Assembly (NCBI RefSeq): GCF_004010195.1
Contig: NC_057718.1
Location: forward strand, 100,028,505 to 100,081,750
Reading direction: 5' to 3'
DNA: 53,246 bases
Origin: Chiloscyllium plagiosum
Taxonomy: Eukaryota
The notes under the pieces are model-generated. The model was given only the letters and a program-made list of their open reading frames with translations, was not told where the DNA came from and ran no database searches. Shown piece after piece: positions 24,278 to 36,038 of the stretch (position 1 is the stretch's first letter; each line of letters starts with the position of its first letter). Made by a program: the position numbers and the translations under genes.

Positions 24278-24397
24278 GAATAAAGGCAGAGAGCCTGAAG
24301 CATGGAGAGATAAGCTAGAGGAGGTCGGGGGTGGGGAGATTTCTCCCCACCCTCCTCTAGCTTATCTCTCCATGCTTCAGGCTCTCTGCCTTTATTC

Positions 24398-24425
24398 CTG
24401 ATGAAGGGCTTTTGCCCGAAACGTC
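24398..24425 (+). ncRNA. Minimal hammerhead ribozyme core, intact
   Basis: ctgatga a gggc tttt gccc gaaac gtc; palindromic ACGU stem III; GUC cleavage triplet at 24423-24425. Confidence 0.75.
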
Positions 24426-24488
24426 GATTTTGCTGCTCCTCGGATGCTGCCTGAACTGCTGTGCTCTTCCAGCACCACTAATCCAAAA

Positions 24489-24706
24489 NNNNNNNNNNNN
24501 NNNNNNNNNNNNNNNNNNNNNNNNNNNNNNNNNNNNNNNNNNNNNNNNNNNNNNNNNNNNNNNNNNNNNNNNNNNNNNNNNNNNNNNNNNNNNNNNNNNN
24601 NNNNNNNNNNNNNNNNNNNNNNNNNNNNNNNNNNNNNNNNNNNNNNNNNNNNNNNNNNNNNNNNNNNNNNNNNNNNNNNNNNNNNNNNNNNNNNNNNNNN
24701 NNNNNN
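24489..24706. other. Assembly gap (218 N)
   Basis: N run. Confidence 1.
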
Positions 24707-25028
24707 GGTGCAGGTTTTGCAGTTCCTGCAGTGGCAGGGGAAGGTGCCAGGATGGGAGGGTGGGTTGTAGGGGGGCATGGACCTGACCAGGTAGTCATGG
24801 AGGGAATGGTCTTTGCGGAAGGTGGAAAGGGGTGGGGAAGGAAATATATCCCTGGTGGTGGGGTCTTTTTGGAGGTGGCGGAAATGTCGGCGGATGATTT
24901 TGTTTATGCGAAGGTTGGTAGGGTGGAAGGTGAGCACCAAAGGGGGTTCTGTCCTTGTTACAGTTGGAGGGGTGGGGTCTGAGGGCGGAGGTGCGGGATG
25001 TGGACGAGATGTGTTGGAGGGCATCTTT
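24707..25028 (-). mobile_element. Penelope-like element (Neptune-type) RT-EN linker
   Basis: PPLVLTFHPTNLRINKIIRRHFRHLQKDPTTRDIFPSPPL..LVRS..GTFPCHCRNCKTC (Cys-rich linker). Confidence 0.88.
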
Positions 25029-25099
25029 AGACTTTTAAAAGCGAATCTTGTGTAGCAAGTACTTTTATGTAAAACACAAGATCTTTTCCCTGTGATTTA

Positions 25100-25470
25100 G
25101 AAATGATCAAAATCTATCTATCTCTGCCTTAAAAATATTTAAAGATTCCGCACCTAGTAGAGTAACGAAACATCAGGAAATGAACCTTCCAGCTCAGCGA
25201 GCAAACCTACGTCCAAAACCTCAACCTGAGCTACAAATCTTCTCAAAAACATTCTGCACCTTTTGAGGAAGGGATTCCAAAGACTCACAACCACTTGAGA
25301 GAAAATAATATGTTTCCTCATCTCCATCTTAAATGGTTGACCCTTTACTTTTAAACTCTGACCCCATGTTTCTGGATTCACCCACAAAAGGATAAAATGC
25401 TTTCAATATCCATGGGGTTAAAGCCCCTTAGGATCTGATATGTTTCAATTAAGTTGCCTCAGACTCTTCG
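25100..25470 (-). mobile_element. CR1 3' fragment with a nested Penelope pLTR piece (25156-25250, subfamily D)
   Basis: KVKGQPFKMEMRK..SQVVVSLWN; insert bounded by attc(c/t)gcacct at 25145-25155 and 25251-25261. Confidence 0.75.
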
Positions 25471-25839
25471 AGGCAAGAGATGGGGGAGAAACGAACACGT
25501 ATGGACGCACAAGTCTTTTTCCTCTTGATATCCACACACAGGAAATCCTGGCACTGTTGATTATATTGGTGCTGCTGGAGAGACACCAAACCAAGGACTG
25601 ATTCCTAGACTTGGTATCTTGTCATGGTCTCCTCCTCCAGTGTCTACCTGGTCACTCCCTTACTTGTACTGCCTTCTGTGTCCAGACGGATTTTGTGTGA
25701 TTTCATTATCCTCACTCTCCTTCCCAACTGCGATGTTGTTTGTCAGGCAGCCAACCTGAATCCCAACTGGGCTCTCAGCAGGATTACTCTGGGATCACTG
25801 CAGGAGCCTACCCCCGTTCTAGGAGGAAGGTTAAAGATG

Positions 25840-25945
25840 TTCTGAAGTAAGAGTCACATACTGGCCTTGAAATGTTGACTCGGTTCCTCTCCCCACGGAT
25901 GCTGTCAGACCTGCTAAGTTTCTTCAGCAGTTTATGTTTGTATTT
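25840..25945 (+). mobile_element. Penelope pLTR fragment (subfamily C), degenerate
   Basis: gaaatgttgactcgg..ggatgctgtcagacctgctaagtttcttcagca. Confidence 0.6.
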
Positions 25946-26233
25946 CACTCTAAACCGACTCCCATCATCCCTCAGTCTTGTTAGCCTGATCAACCATTAC
26001 CTCACATTGTATATCGGCCCATAATCTGCACCGTACACTGATACAGTCATCCTTCACTAATCGGAATCTGGATCTCTGTATTCACAATGGCATTTTTGAG
26101 ATGGGTTTAGTTCTCAGCAACATTACTATTGGCTTATCAGCTGTTTTGACCTGAATCTCAGCTGGTACAGTAAATCCAAACATTGATCGCATCCGCAGAT
26201 AACAGCAAATGCTTCTTTCTCAATTACTGCAGA

Positions 26234-26553
26234 TCATAGAATCCCAACAGTGTGGAAGCAGGTCACTCAGCCCATTGAGTCTGCACCAGCCCTCCGAAGA
26301 GCTTTCCACCCAGACCCACTCCCCACCCCTACCCTAACCATGGCTAATCTGCCTAGCCTACACATCCCTGAACACTATTGGAAATTTAGCATGACCAATC
26401 CACCTCGCCTGCACCTCTTTGGACTGGAGGAGGGAGCCCACACAGACACAGGGAGAATGTGCAAACTTTACACAGTCGCCTGAGGGCGGAATCGAACCTG
26501 GGTCGCTGGCGTAGTGAGGCAGCAGTGCTAACCACTGAGCCACCGTGCTGCCC
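26234..26553 (-). mobile_element. HE1 V-SINE
   Basis: Reverse complement of the HE1 pattern. Confidence 0.9.
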
Positions 26554-27139
26554 ACTTTGTAGGCCTCTGCCTTGGAAACCAATTCCTCAGTGTTACTGCT
26601 TTGATAACTTTGAGTCTGATGTCCTGGGAACGGCTTTGTTCCTCTCTAACTTTAACTGGGAACAGTGCTTACTTTGTTGATCTTCATCCTTGATCCTTTT
26701 GGACCTTTGCCAAATCACTTCCTTCTGTGCAGAATCTTTCCCTTGGTGGGCCTTCCTCATTGCGGGAGTTGCTCATCTACAGCGTTTTCTGAAGTGCCTT
26801 ACTCTTCCACCTTGATGGCCCTCTGTGTCCCCTGCTGGGCACTCATTGTGTCTGTGGTGTTGGCTTGAACCACCCACCCTTGAAGATCCCAATGTGAGTA
26901 ATGGCATAGCTCACTCGTTAGGCATTTGGCAGGCTTTCGAGAGGGTGGTGCGGCCACCTGAGGCCAACAACTGGATGGAAGGAGCCTCAGCACTACGTCC
27001 GTTGATCGTTCCTGTCTCCCTGCTCAGACACACCGTCCTTTTCCCTCCTTTCTCCAGTGTCCCATCAGCACCTTTTAAGTCTCAATCACATTCTCCTCCC
27101 TGCCCCGTTGATTTCAGAATAGCATCATCATTTGCACCA

Positions 27140-28056
27140 TCGCGGAAGGATATTACTAAACTGGAGAGGGATCAGAGAGCTGGATGCAAGATGGCGCCGG
27201 ATATGGTCGACACCTTGCGAGCACCTGCGTGCAGATCTAAATTTCCTATTTCCTACAATCATTCTACACTCTTTACATTTAATAGCATGCTTTTGAAAAT
27301 TACTGATAACTATGTTTTATCTGAACTCGCTGGTTTGAAGCTCCTAGAATATTGAATGGACTCACAAAGTCTTAGCATTCGCCTGTACCTGTGTTTTGGT
27401 TTTTGCTGTTGTTTGTCTATTATTTACTTCTCTATGCTACTTAACTCTGTAATCTGTCCTGTATTGCTCACAAGACAAAACTTTTCACTGTGCCTCAGTA
27501 CACGTGACAATAAATTCAATTCAATTCAACTCAATTCAATTCAATTCAGAAAAGATTGACCAGGATGTTGCCAGAAATGGAGAGTTTGTGTTCTTATAAC
27601 AGGCAGGAAAGACTGGGAGCTTTTTCACTGGAGTGTAGGAGATTAAGGCATGTAAAATCATGAGGGGCAGAGATGAGGTGAATAACAAGGCTCTTTTCTC
27701 TAGGGTGGGGAATTTCAAAACTAGGGGGCATATTTTTAAAGGGGTAAAAACAAGGGCTGCAGATGCTGGAAACCAGAGTAGCAAAGAGGCATATTTTTAA
27801 GGTGAGAGGAGAACATTTTAAAAAGGACATGAGGAGCAACTTTATTTACACAGAGAGTGGTTCGTCTGTGGCAGAGGAAGTGGTAAATGTAGGTACAGCT
27901 ACAACAGTCAAAAGAATTTTGGATACATTCATGAATGGGAAATGTTTGGAGGGATATGGGCCAGGAGCAGGCAGGTGGGACTAGTTTAGTTTGGGATTGT
28001 GGTCAGCATGGGCTGGTTGGACCGAAGGGTCTGTTTCCGAGCTGTAATACTCTATG
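27140..28056 (+). mobile_element. CR1 3' fragment hosting two nested insertions (27177-27545 and about 27740-27785)
   Basis: RKDITKLER resumes as cagaaaagattgaccaggatg; a short pLTR piece is bounded by duplicated ggcatatttttaa; CR1 tail at the end. Confidence 0.85.
27177..27545 (+). mobile_element. Short non-autonomous Rex1/Babar-like element
   Basis: 5' caagatggcgccg; 3' cttttcactgtgcctcagtacacgtgacaataaa plus (attca)n; tcaga duplicated at 27172-27176 and 27546-27550. Confidence 0.6.
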
Positions 28057-28454
28057 AATGGGATATTGCACTGCAGTTTGCCAGTAAGGTTCAGGGCTGA
28101 TGTGGACCTCCTCTGCACTACCACAACCTCCCCCACCACCCCCTGAGGACCCTCACATCCTACGTCATGAGGGATCAAAAGGTCATCCCAGGGTTAAATG
28201 TGATAATATGATTGAAAATCATCTGACCGGGCCTGAAACATATCCCAGGAAGAGGAGATGGTTCCTCCACAGGTCTCAGGTGTCAGTCGTGATAAATCTA
28301 TCCCAAGGGAATGTGGACAAGGTGGAGAGGGAGCTGGCTGTATATATCTGCATTCTTGGTCTGTTCTGAAAGGGTTAATGCTCATGCAGTGTTCGTGCCA
28401 CCCATTCGACAGAGGTGATACATGGAATAAAGAAAATATATTTTCAGATTTGGG

Positions 28455-29078
28455 GGTGGCACGGTGGCTCAGTGGTTAACACTGCTGCCTCACAGCGCCA
28501 AGGACCCGGGTTCGATTCCAGCCTCGGGTGACTGTCTGTGTGGAGTTTGCACATTCTCCCTGTGTCTGTGTGAGTTTCCTCCCACAGTCCAAACATAGAC
28601 CATAAGACGTAGGATTGGAAGCAAGACCATTCGGCCCATCGAGTCCACTCCACCATTTAATCATGGCTAAGGGACATTTCAACTCCACTTACCCGCACTC
28701 TCCCCGTAGCCTTTAATTCCTTGCGAGATCAAGAATTTATCAATCTCTGCCTTGAAGACATTTAGCGTCCCGGCCTCCAATGCGGTCCCTGGCAATGAAT
28801 TCCACAGGCCCACCACTCTCTGGCTGAAGAAATGTCTCATCGTTTCCATTCTAAATTGACCCCCTCTAATTCTAAGACTGTGCCCACCAGTCCTAGTCAC
28901 CCCATCTAGGTGAATTTGCTATGCTAAATTGCCCATAGTGTTCAGGAATGTGTAGGTCAGGGCTAAGCATAGGAGAAAAGAGTAGGGGAATGGGTCTGGG
29001 TGGGTTACTCGTCGGAGGGTCAGTGTGGACATGTTGGGCCAGAAGAGCCTATTTCCACACTGTAGGGACTCTATGATT
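28455..29078 (+). mobile_element. HE1 V-SINE interrupted by CR1
   Basis: 5' half ends cccacagtccaaa (28593); 3' half resumes aggtgaatttgctatgctaaattgccc (about 28908). Confidence 0.9.
28594..28906 (-). mobile_element. CR1 3' end nested in HE1
   Basis: TRTGGHSLRIRGG..FFSQRVVGLWNSLP..FKAEIDKFL. Confidence 0.9.
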
Positions 29079-30249
29079 CAATCAATGAGAGGGGAACAGA
29101 GCACTGACTGGGAAAAGGCCAAGTGAAAGATGAAGCATTGCACAGTTTGAGAGAGGACCCTGAATCTCCACCTGATTGCCCAAGTCTTTCCGCTTTCTGT
29201 TTCAGTCTTCTCCACTGACCTGACCTTTTGGAATAAAGCAAAACAACTTAACAGAGGCAGCTAAATAGAACAGGCCATTTTCTTTCACGTAAAATTAGAT
29301 GGTGGTCGATCTTTCTCCTTGAGTCGCCGCAAAAGGTTTAAGTGTGTCCCTCAATGCTGTCTGCATAAAACAATTTATTAGTAAGGAATCAATGCCCAAT
29401 TTGTTCAAATTGTCAGATGTCAAAGCTCCCCCCCCCCACCCCCTCCCGCCCTCAGAGGGACACTTGCCTGTTAAAATATCTAGGGAAAACTCCGGATTTC
29501 ATTTTGTCCACCGATGTGATGTCAAAAGGAATCGCCCGTTTAAATTAAACACAAGAAGACCTGAAGGGATTCTGCAATGTATGTTCAGGCCCCTGGAGAG
29601 GATTAGGACCCAACTGACCTTTGATGAAAACAGAGGCATGAGACAATTCTTCATCATTGACTGGATTGATCCCTTGGAAGAAACAATAAATCTCAACTAA
29701 GACCTATTTTAGGAGCTGCTAGGCACAAATTTAATGAAAATATTGCCTCTGTCAGAGGCCTGGTGATGAAGGAGGAATGATATTAATCTGAGGATCTTTA
29801 CAACCAATCCACAGGCTAAGCTACCTTGTCGTCCGGACCTGTCTCTGAAATGACAGAGAATTTGAGAAGTCGGTTTGACTGTCATTACTGAGAATTTAAT
29901 AAACTCTCCCAGCTTCAGTTGGCCATACATTCAGTACTTTAGCAGCACACTGAGATTGTAAGCTCTACACCTACTTGCTGCTGAGTGGGTTCCATTTGTG
30001 CTCTGCTGTTTTGCTAAGTGAAAATTCCAGACAGCCACAGGAAGATTGGAATTCTGTTAACCATTGGTTCACAGAGATGAATGATCATGCATCGCTATTT
30101 CCCTGGCTCATTTCAGACTGCAGTCCCCACGGACGTGTGTTTTCACACAGCATATTCAGATGTTTTTGAAACAATCTTCACCAGCCACTATTTTTCCTGA
30201 GTGGACTGTCCTTAAGTTTCAGATGGTGGATTATAACAGTTTCAGCAAT

Positions 30250-30415
30250 GAACCCATCGAATTCACCAATGTCCTTTAAGGAAGGAAATTGCTAACCTTA
30301 CCTGGTCTGGCCTACCTGTGACCCACAACAATGTGGTTGACTCTTATCTATCCCCTGGGCAATTAGGGATGGGCAATAATGCTGGTCTAACCTTATCCTG
30401 TGAATGAATAAAGAA
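30250..30415 (+). mobile_element. SINE with L2/Crack-like tail, 3' part
   Basis: gtcctttaaggaaggaaatt..ccttacctggtctggcctac..gggcaattagggatgggcaata. Confidence 0.7.
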
Positions 30416-30457
30416 GAAAATAAATTTCAGGTGGTTTGTAACCGATAAATCTGATTT

Positions 30458-31282
30458 CAGCAAGTTTTGAGAAGATTTGTAGCTCAGGTTGAGGTTCTGG
30501 ATGTAGGTTTGCTAGCTGAGCTGGAAGCTTCTACGCAGAGCAGAGGAAAATCACCTATACTGTGTATTCAAAAATAAAGGGTACCCAATGAACACAGTTT
30601 GCTGATCTCTCAACAACAAACCCAAACAAGCAGACAAAACACGTCCAGAAACCGTAGCCACTCTCCCCTACATCAAAGTTATCTCAGAAATGACTGCCAG
30701 ACTACCCAGACCTCTTGGCATCATAGTAGCCCACAAACTCACCAACACACTAAAACAGCAGCTAATGAACTTGAAAGACCCTATACAGACAACAAGCAAA
30801 ATTAATGTTATTTACAAAATACCGTGCAAGGGCTGTAACAAACACTACATTGAACAAACAGGCATAAAACTAGCCACCAGGATACATGAACATCACCTAG
30901 CCACAAAACGACATAACCCTCTCTCACTAGTATCTTTACATAGAGATAAGGAAGGACACCACTTCGACTGGGACAACGCATCCATCCTAGGACAAGCCAA
31001 ACAGAGACACACACAAGAATTCCTAGAAGGGTGGCATTCCAACTAGAACTCTATCAACAAACACATTGCGTTAGACCCGATCTACCATCCCCGGAGAAAA
31101 AGAACAGGAAATGACATCACCACAGGAAATGACATCACCAACCCAAAGAAACCCAAACATATAAATAGAAAGCAGGAATCAGCAGCAGTGCTTCGCCTGG
31201 TGGCTCACCGAAGATGTTACCTAGTATGGTGACGAAACATCTGAAAATGAATCTTCCAGCTCAGCTAGCAAACCTACATCCA
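30458..31282 (+). mobile_element. Penelope/Poseidon-type element, 5'-truncated, with inverted pLTR piece and 11-bp TSD (subfamily D)
   Basis: ORF 30690-31046 NVIYKIPCKGCNKHYIEQTG..RIHEH..HHFDWDNASILG..FLEGWH (GIY-YIG); 30465-30528 is inverted pLTR; aaatctgattt at 30447-30457 and 31283-31293. Confidence 0.92.
31205..31244 (+). ncRNA. Hammerhead ribozyme remnant in pLTR (core mutated)
   Basis: UCA-CCGAAGA-U-GUUACC UAGUAU GGUGAC-GAAACAUC-UGA; U4 changed to C and the stem III G changed to A. Confidence 0.55.
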
Positions 31283-31964
31283 AAATCTGATTTTTTTAGA
31301 GGTGGACTCCGCAAAGCGTAAAATGCTTTATTTCCACCTCCAATTCTATTTTGATTTAGTCCCTACCCTCCCCTTCACTTCTTCAATCACAGAGGAATTG
31401 CCCGTGATGAGCAGGGTACTGCTTCCATTGGCCACCTGGGTATTTTCCCTTCCTGGTGAATGGAATACGAATAAAGTTTTCTGCACTCGATGTTTCTTCA
31501 ATGCGTCCTACACCTACACACACACGCCATGGCTGCTGGGAGAGGAAGTAAGCACCACTGCTGTTTGGTAGAAGTGTAGAGGATTTAAAAAAAAGATAAC
31601 CAGGAGATTAGAATCTCCACAGTTCAGGGACTGAAAAGAGCAATAAAAAAATACTTAAAAAGTAGCATGGGGAGGTCAACAAAAAGGAAAAAAGGAAGTA
31701 TAACCAGGAGAATCTCCTCCATTCAGCACAAAAAAGAAACTCTGGAATTTTATTGAATTTTATTTTTGTCATGACAATTAAGCCACCTGAGCTGCTTACA
31801 AGGCATCATCTTTCTTCTGCTTTATCCATTTGATGCAGATATCACTTCCTGGGCTGGCATTTAATGCCTGCCCCCAGTTGCCCTGGTGACTTCGTTGGTG
31901 ATGAGCCACTTTCTTGAACTGTCGCATTTCCTTGTGGGGCCGGTACAACGCAGTTCTGAAGGAA

Positions 31965-32185
31965 AAGTTCAGAAGTCACACGGCACCAGGTTATAGTGCA
32001 ACAGGTTTATTTGAAATCACAAGCTTTCGGAGCGCTGCTCCTTCCTCAGATGAAGTGAGAAGCGCACAGACACAGAATTCTCTCTCATTTCACCCGATGA
32101 AGGGGCAGCGCTCCGAAAGCTTGTGATTTCAAATATATACTGGTGACATGTGACTTCTGCCCCAGTCCAATAAAGGCACCTCCAC
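31965..32185. mobile_element. Penelope pLTR inverted-repeat insert (subfamily B) with 12-bp TSD
   Basis: gttctgaaggaa at 31953-31964 and 32186-32197; hammerhead-like cores on both arms. Confidence 0.88.
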
Positions 32186-32533
32186 GTTCTGAAGGAAGGT
32201 CTATGTTTCAGACACTGCGTCAGGTCTAAACAACAACATCCGTCCAGGTTGAGATGGTGGGTGACTGGAGGGGAACCTATATGCTATAGCACTCCAACGT
32301 CCCTGCTTCCTTTGTCCTTCTGGATTGCGTGGGTCACAGATTTGGGAGGTGGTCCTGAAAGAGCCTCGTGAAATTGTTGAAGCTCATGTAGTGAAAGATA
32401 CGTTCTGCTGTCTTGGTGCATCTGAGGTGTTGTGAGTGAAGGTTGAATGCATGCTGTTCAAGTGTGTCTGTCTCTATCATGTCGAATTTCTTGAGTGTTA
32501 CTGGGAGCTGCGCTCCTCCAGACAACTGGAGAG

Positions 32534-33383
32534 TGTTATCGACCGGGGAAGATCAAATTCCCCCCTCAAAATATTTTAAGGTAGCTTAGACCCTAATCTT
32601 TTCTTATTTAGGCAGATGTGATTGGATATTCCAGGTGTAATGCAGCTGGTCAAACCACTCAGCTTTAAGCAAAACAGAATTTATTTAAATACTATAATTG
32701 AAACAAAGGCAGGAAAGTGGAATTTAGAGTAATGTAACTATTAGAAAACTTAACCGACCTGATACAGTAACTTAACTAACTAACTGTTCCAATACAGCAA
32801 CTTCCTCCAATCACACTCATTGGCAAAAAGATAAATTCAAACATAGATTCTTACTGGCAGGCAGAATATCATCCAGAGGGAGATTTCAGAGAAAGTCAGA
32901 GGAATTCTTTACTGAAGCTTGCATCTCTCAAAGACTCTCACCTTGTGATGCTACAGCTAAAACAAACTAGATGAAAACTATACTGGGACAACTGGCGTCT
33001 CCCCTTCCATTTTTAAACCAGACTCTTTGGCACCTCTGCCTTTACAACCTCTCTTCAAAATAACCAAGGACAAAATTACTTTATTTCAAGTTAAAAATCA
33101 CACAACACCAGGTTATAGTCCAACAGGTTTGTTTGGAAGCACAAGCTTTCAGAGCACTGCTCCTTCATCAGGTAGCTGTGGAGCAGGATCATAAGACACA
33201 CAATTTATAGCAAAAGATCACAGTGTCATGCAACTGAAGTGATATATTGAACAAACCTAGATTGCTGTTAAGTCTTTCATATTTTAGAATGGGTTGCAGG
33301 TTCGGTTCATTAATATGCAAATCCCAAAACCTCTTTCAAGTCACACTCTCAAGATAAGATTTTAAAGTGACAGCATTGACACA
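32534..33383 (-). mobile_element. Solo LTR (TG..CA, 4-bp TSD AGAG) with a nested pLTR fragment
   Basis: tgttatcgac..cattgacaca; agag at 32530-32533 and 33384-33387; tttatt at about 32680 is AATAAA on minus. Confidence 0.7.
33089..33358 (-). mobile_element. Penelope pLTR fragment (subfamily B)
   Basis: aaaaatcacacaacaccagg..gctccttcatcagg; TATAAA on minus about 30 nt upstream of the hammerhead. Confidence 0.8.
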
Positions 33384-33676
33384 AGAGTAATGTGTCACAC
33401 TCCCGACTCATGCCTTGTGGAAGGTGAGATACCCACTGTAGAACTCCAAGCCTTTGACCAGCTACAGAGGCCGGTGTAGCCACATATCCAATTCAGTTTC
33501 TGATATTCATCACTGAGGGATTCAATCATGGCAATGCCACTGATTTATTGGAACTGATCATTTCTTGGCACTTACATGGTGTGGACATTATTTGCTGCTG
33601 ATTAACTTAGTTGTGAAGGGAATTTACTGGTTGTTACCTCACTGATCAGCAGATTTATTAAGTTTAGTCTCACAGT

Positions 33677-33840
33677 TTGCCCATAGTGTTCAGGGCTGTG
33701 CTGATTAGGTGCATTAGTCAGGGGTAAATATAGGATAATGGGGTAGGGGAATGGGTCTGGGTGAGTTACTCTTCAGAGGGTCGGTGTGAACTTTGTGGGC
33801 TGAAGGGCCTATTTCCACACTGTAGAAATTCTATGATTCC
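33677..33840 (+). mobile_element. HE1 SINE 3' half
   Basis: ttgcccatagtgttcaggg..tccacactgtag..ctatgattc. Confidence 0.85.
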
Positions 33841-34029
33841 ATGATTTACAATGTTGGGACGAGAACACACATCTTCTCATTAACAGAAGATTGGCTGTGG
33901 AATACATTTGTCGTCCTGTAATTGTAGAGAATTGGAAACACCATCAGAAACATACATAATGGTGCAGACAATGTTGTGGTGCTGTCAGAGTCACATGATT
34001 AAGCAGTGAGAGCTGGAAGAATGTGAAGC

Positions 34030-34760
34030 TGGAAGAGGCCATTCAGCCCCTCTAACCTGTCCCGCTATTTAATACAATCATGGCTGATCTCATCTCGGCC
34101 TCAACTCCACTTTCCCACCCAGTCTCCACAACCCTTCAACTCATTACAAGTTACAATTCTGCCTGTCTCTCCCTTAAATTCACTCAACGTCTCAGCATCT
34201 AGCACACTCTGGGGTAATACTTCCCACAGTTTCATGACCTGTTGAGCAAAGTAAATTCTCCTCATCCCTGTTTTAAATCCGCCACCTAAAATTGTGACCT
34301 CTCATTCTGGATTTCCCTACACGGGGAACCAACCTTTCTCCATCTAGTTTGTGAATCTACTTTAGTTTTGTACATACCTCAATAGATCTCCTCTCATTCT
34401 TCTAAACCCTGGAAAGCAAAGGCAAAAATGCTCAATCTCTCTTTATAAAACAAGGCCCTCATCTCTGGAGTCAATCTAGTGAATGCTTTCTGATCTGCCT
34501 CCAATACAACTGCATCTCTCCTCAAGTAAGGGAACCAAAACTGCAGACAAAATTCCAGGTGCCATCTCACTAATGCCATGTCCAGTTTCAGCAACACTAA
34601 TAATCCTATTTCTTTAGTAATAAATGCCAAAATTCCATTTGCCCTCCTTATTACCTGCTATACCTGCAAACTAGCTTTCTGTAATTCCTACACAAGGACA
34701 CCCAGATCCCTCTGCACTGAAACACTCTCATTTAGATCATAAGTTGTCTTTCTATTCTTC
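34030..34760 (-). mobile_element. CR1 3' fragment (older subfamily)
   Basis: ALVRWHLEFCLQFWFPYLRRD..FTRL; QRDLGVLV. Confidence 0.85.
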
Positions 34761-35205
34761 TGAACAGATCTGAAACTCTGACCTCGTGCAAGGAGAGTGT
34801 GGGTGCAGCTTAAACTGTAGATGAAGTGATCTTTCATGATGTTCCATTGGTTCCAGCAGTATGACTTTGGGAGAGTAAATAGAGTTGCAGAGTCATAGAG
34901 ATGTACAGCACGGAAACAGACTCTTTGGTCCAACTCATTCATGCTGACCAGATATCCAAAATTAATCTAGTCCTAATTGCCAGCACTTGGCCCGTTTCCC
35001 TCGAACCCTTCCTCTTCATGTGCCCATCCAGATGCCTTTTAAATGTTGTAATTGTACCAGCCTCCACCACTTCCTCTGGCAGCTCATTCCATACATGCAC
35101 CACCCTTTGCATGAAAAAGTTGCCCCTTAGGTCCATTTTAAATCTTTCCCCTCTTCAGTGAATGATGATCTCTACTTTTGGTCTCCCCCACTCCAGGGAA
35201 AAGAC

Positions 35206-36038
35206 TTTGTCTATTTATCCTATCCATGTCCCTCATGATTTTATAAACCTCTATAACATCACCTCACAACCTCCATTGCTCCAGTGAACATAGCCCCAGC
35301 CTATTCTGCCTCTTCCTCCAGCTGAAACCTTCCAACCTTGGCAGCATCCTTGCAAATATTTTCTGAACCGTTTCAATTTCACAACATCCTTCCAATAGCA
35401 GGGAGACCAGAATTGCACCAAATTCTCCAAAAGTGGCCTAACCAAATGTCCTGGACAGCCACAACATGATCTCCCAACTCCTATATTCAATACTCTGACC
35501 AAGAAAGGAAAGCATACCAAATGCCTTCTTCACTATCCTATCTACCTGTGACTCCACATTCAAGGAGCTATGAACCTGCACTCCAAGGTCTCTTTGTTCA
35601 GCAACACTCTCCAGGACCTTACCTTGTCTATTTATCCTATCCATGCCCCTCATGATTTTATAAACCTCTATAACATCACCTCACAACCTCCGTTGCTCCA
35701 GTGAACATAGCCCCAGCTTATTCAGCCTCTACCTACAGCTGAAACCTTCCAACCTTGGCAGCATCCTTGCAAATATTTTCTGCACTCTTTCAATTTCACA
35801 ATATCCTTCCAATAGCAGGGAGACCAGAATTGCCCCAAATTCTCCAAAAGTGGTCTAACCAATGTCCTGTACAGCCACAATATGACCTCCCAACTCCTAT
35901 ATTCAATACTCTGACCAAGAAAGGAAAGCATACCAAACGCCTTCTTCACTATCCTATCTACCTGTGACTCCACATTCAAGGAGCTATGAACCTGCACTCC
36001 AAGGTCTCTTTGTTCAGCAACACTCTCCAGGACCTTAT
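35206..36038. repeat. 417-bp tandem duplication inside CR1
   Basis: 35206-35622 is repeated at 35623-36038. Confidence 0.9.

Larger units (their letters stand above)
24153..24488. mobile_element. Penelope pLTR long inverted repeat (subfamily A), about 145-bp arms
   Basis: About 24190-24338 is nearly the exact reverse complement of 24342-24486. Confidence 0.9.
31850..33610 (-). mobile_element. L2/Crack-like LINE fragment hosting a pLTR insert and a solo LTR
   Basis: ggcatttaatgcctgcccccagttgccc (reverse-complement tail); ggagctgcgctcctccagacaactggagag resumes as gtcacactcccgactcatgccttgt, as in the uninterrupted copy at 50370-50430. Confidence 0.65.
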
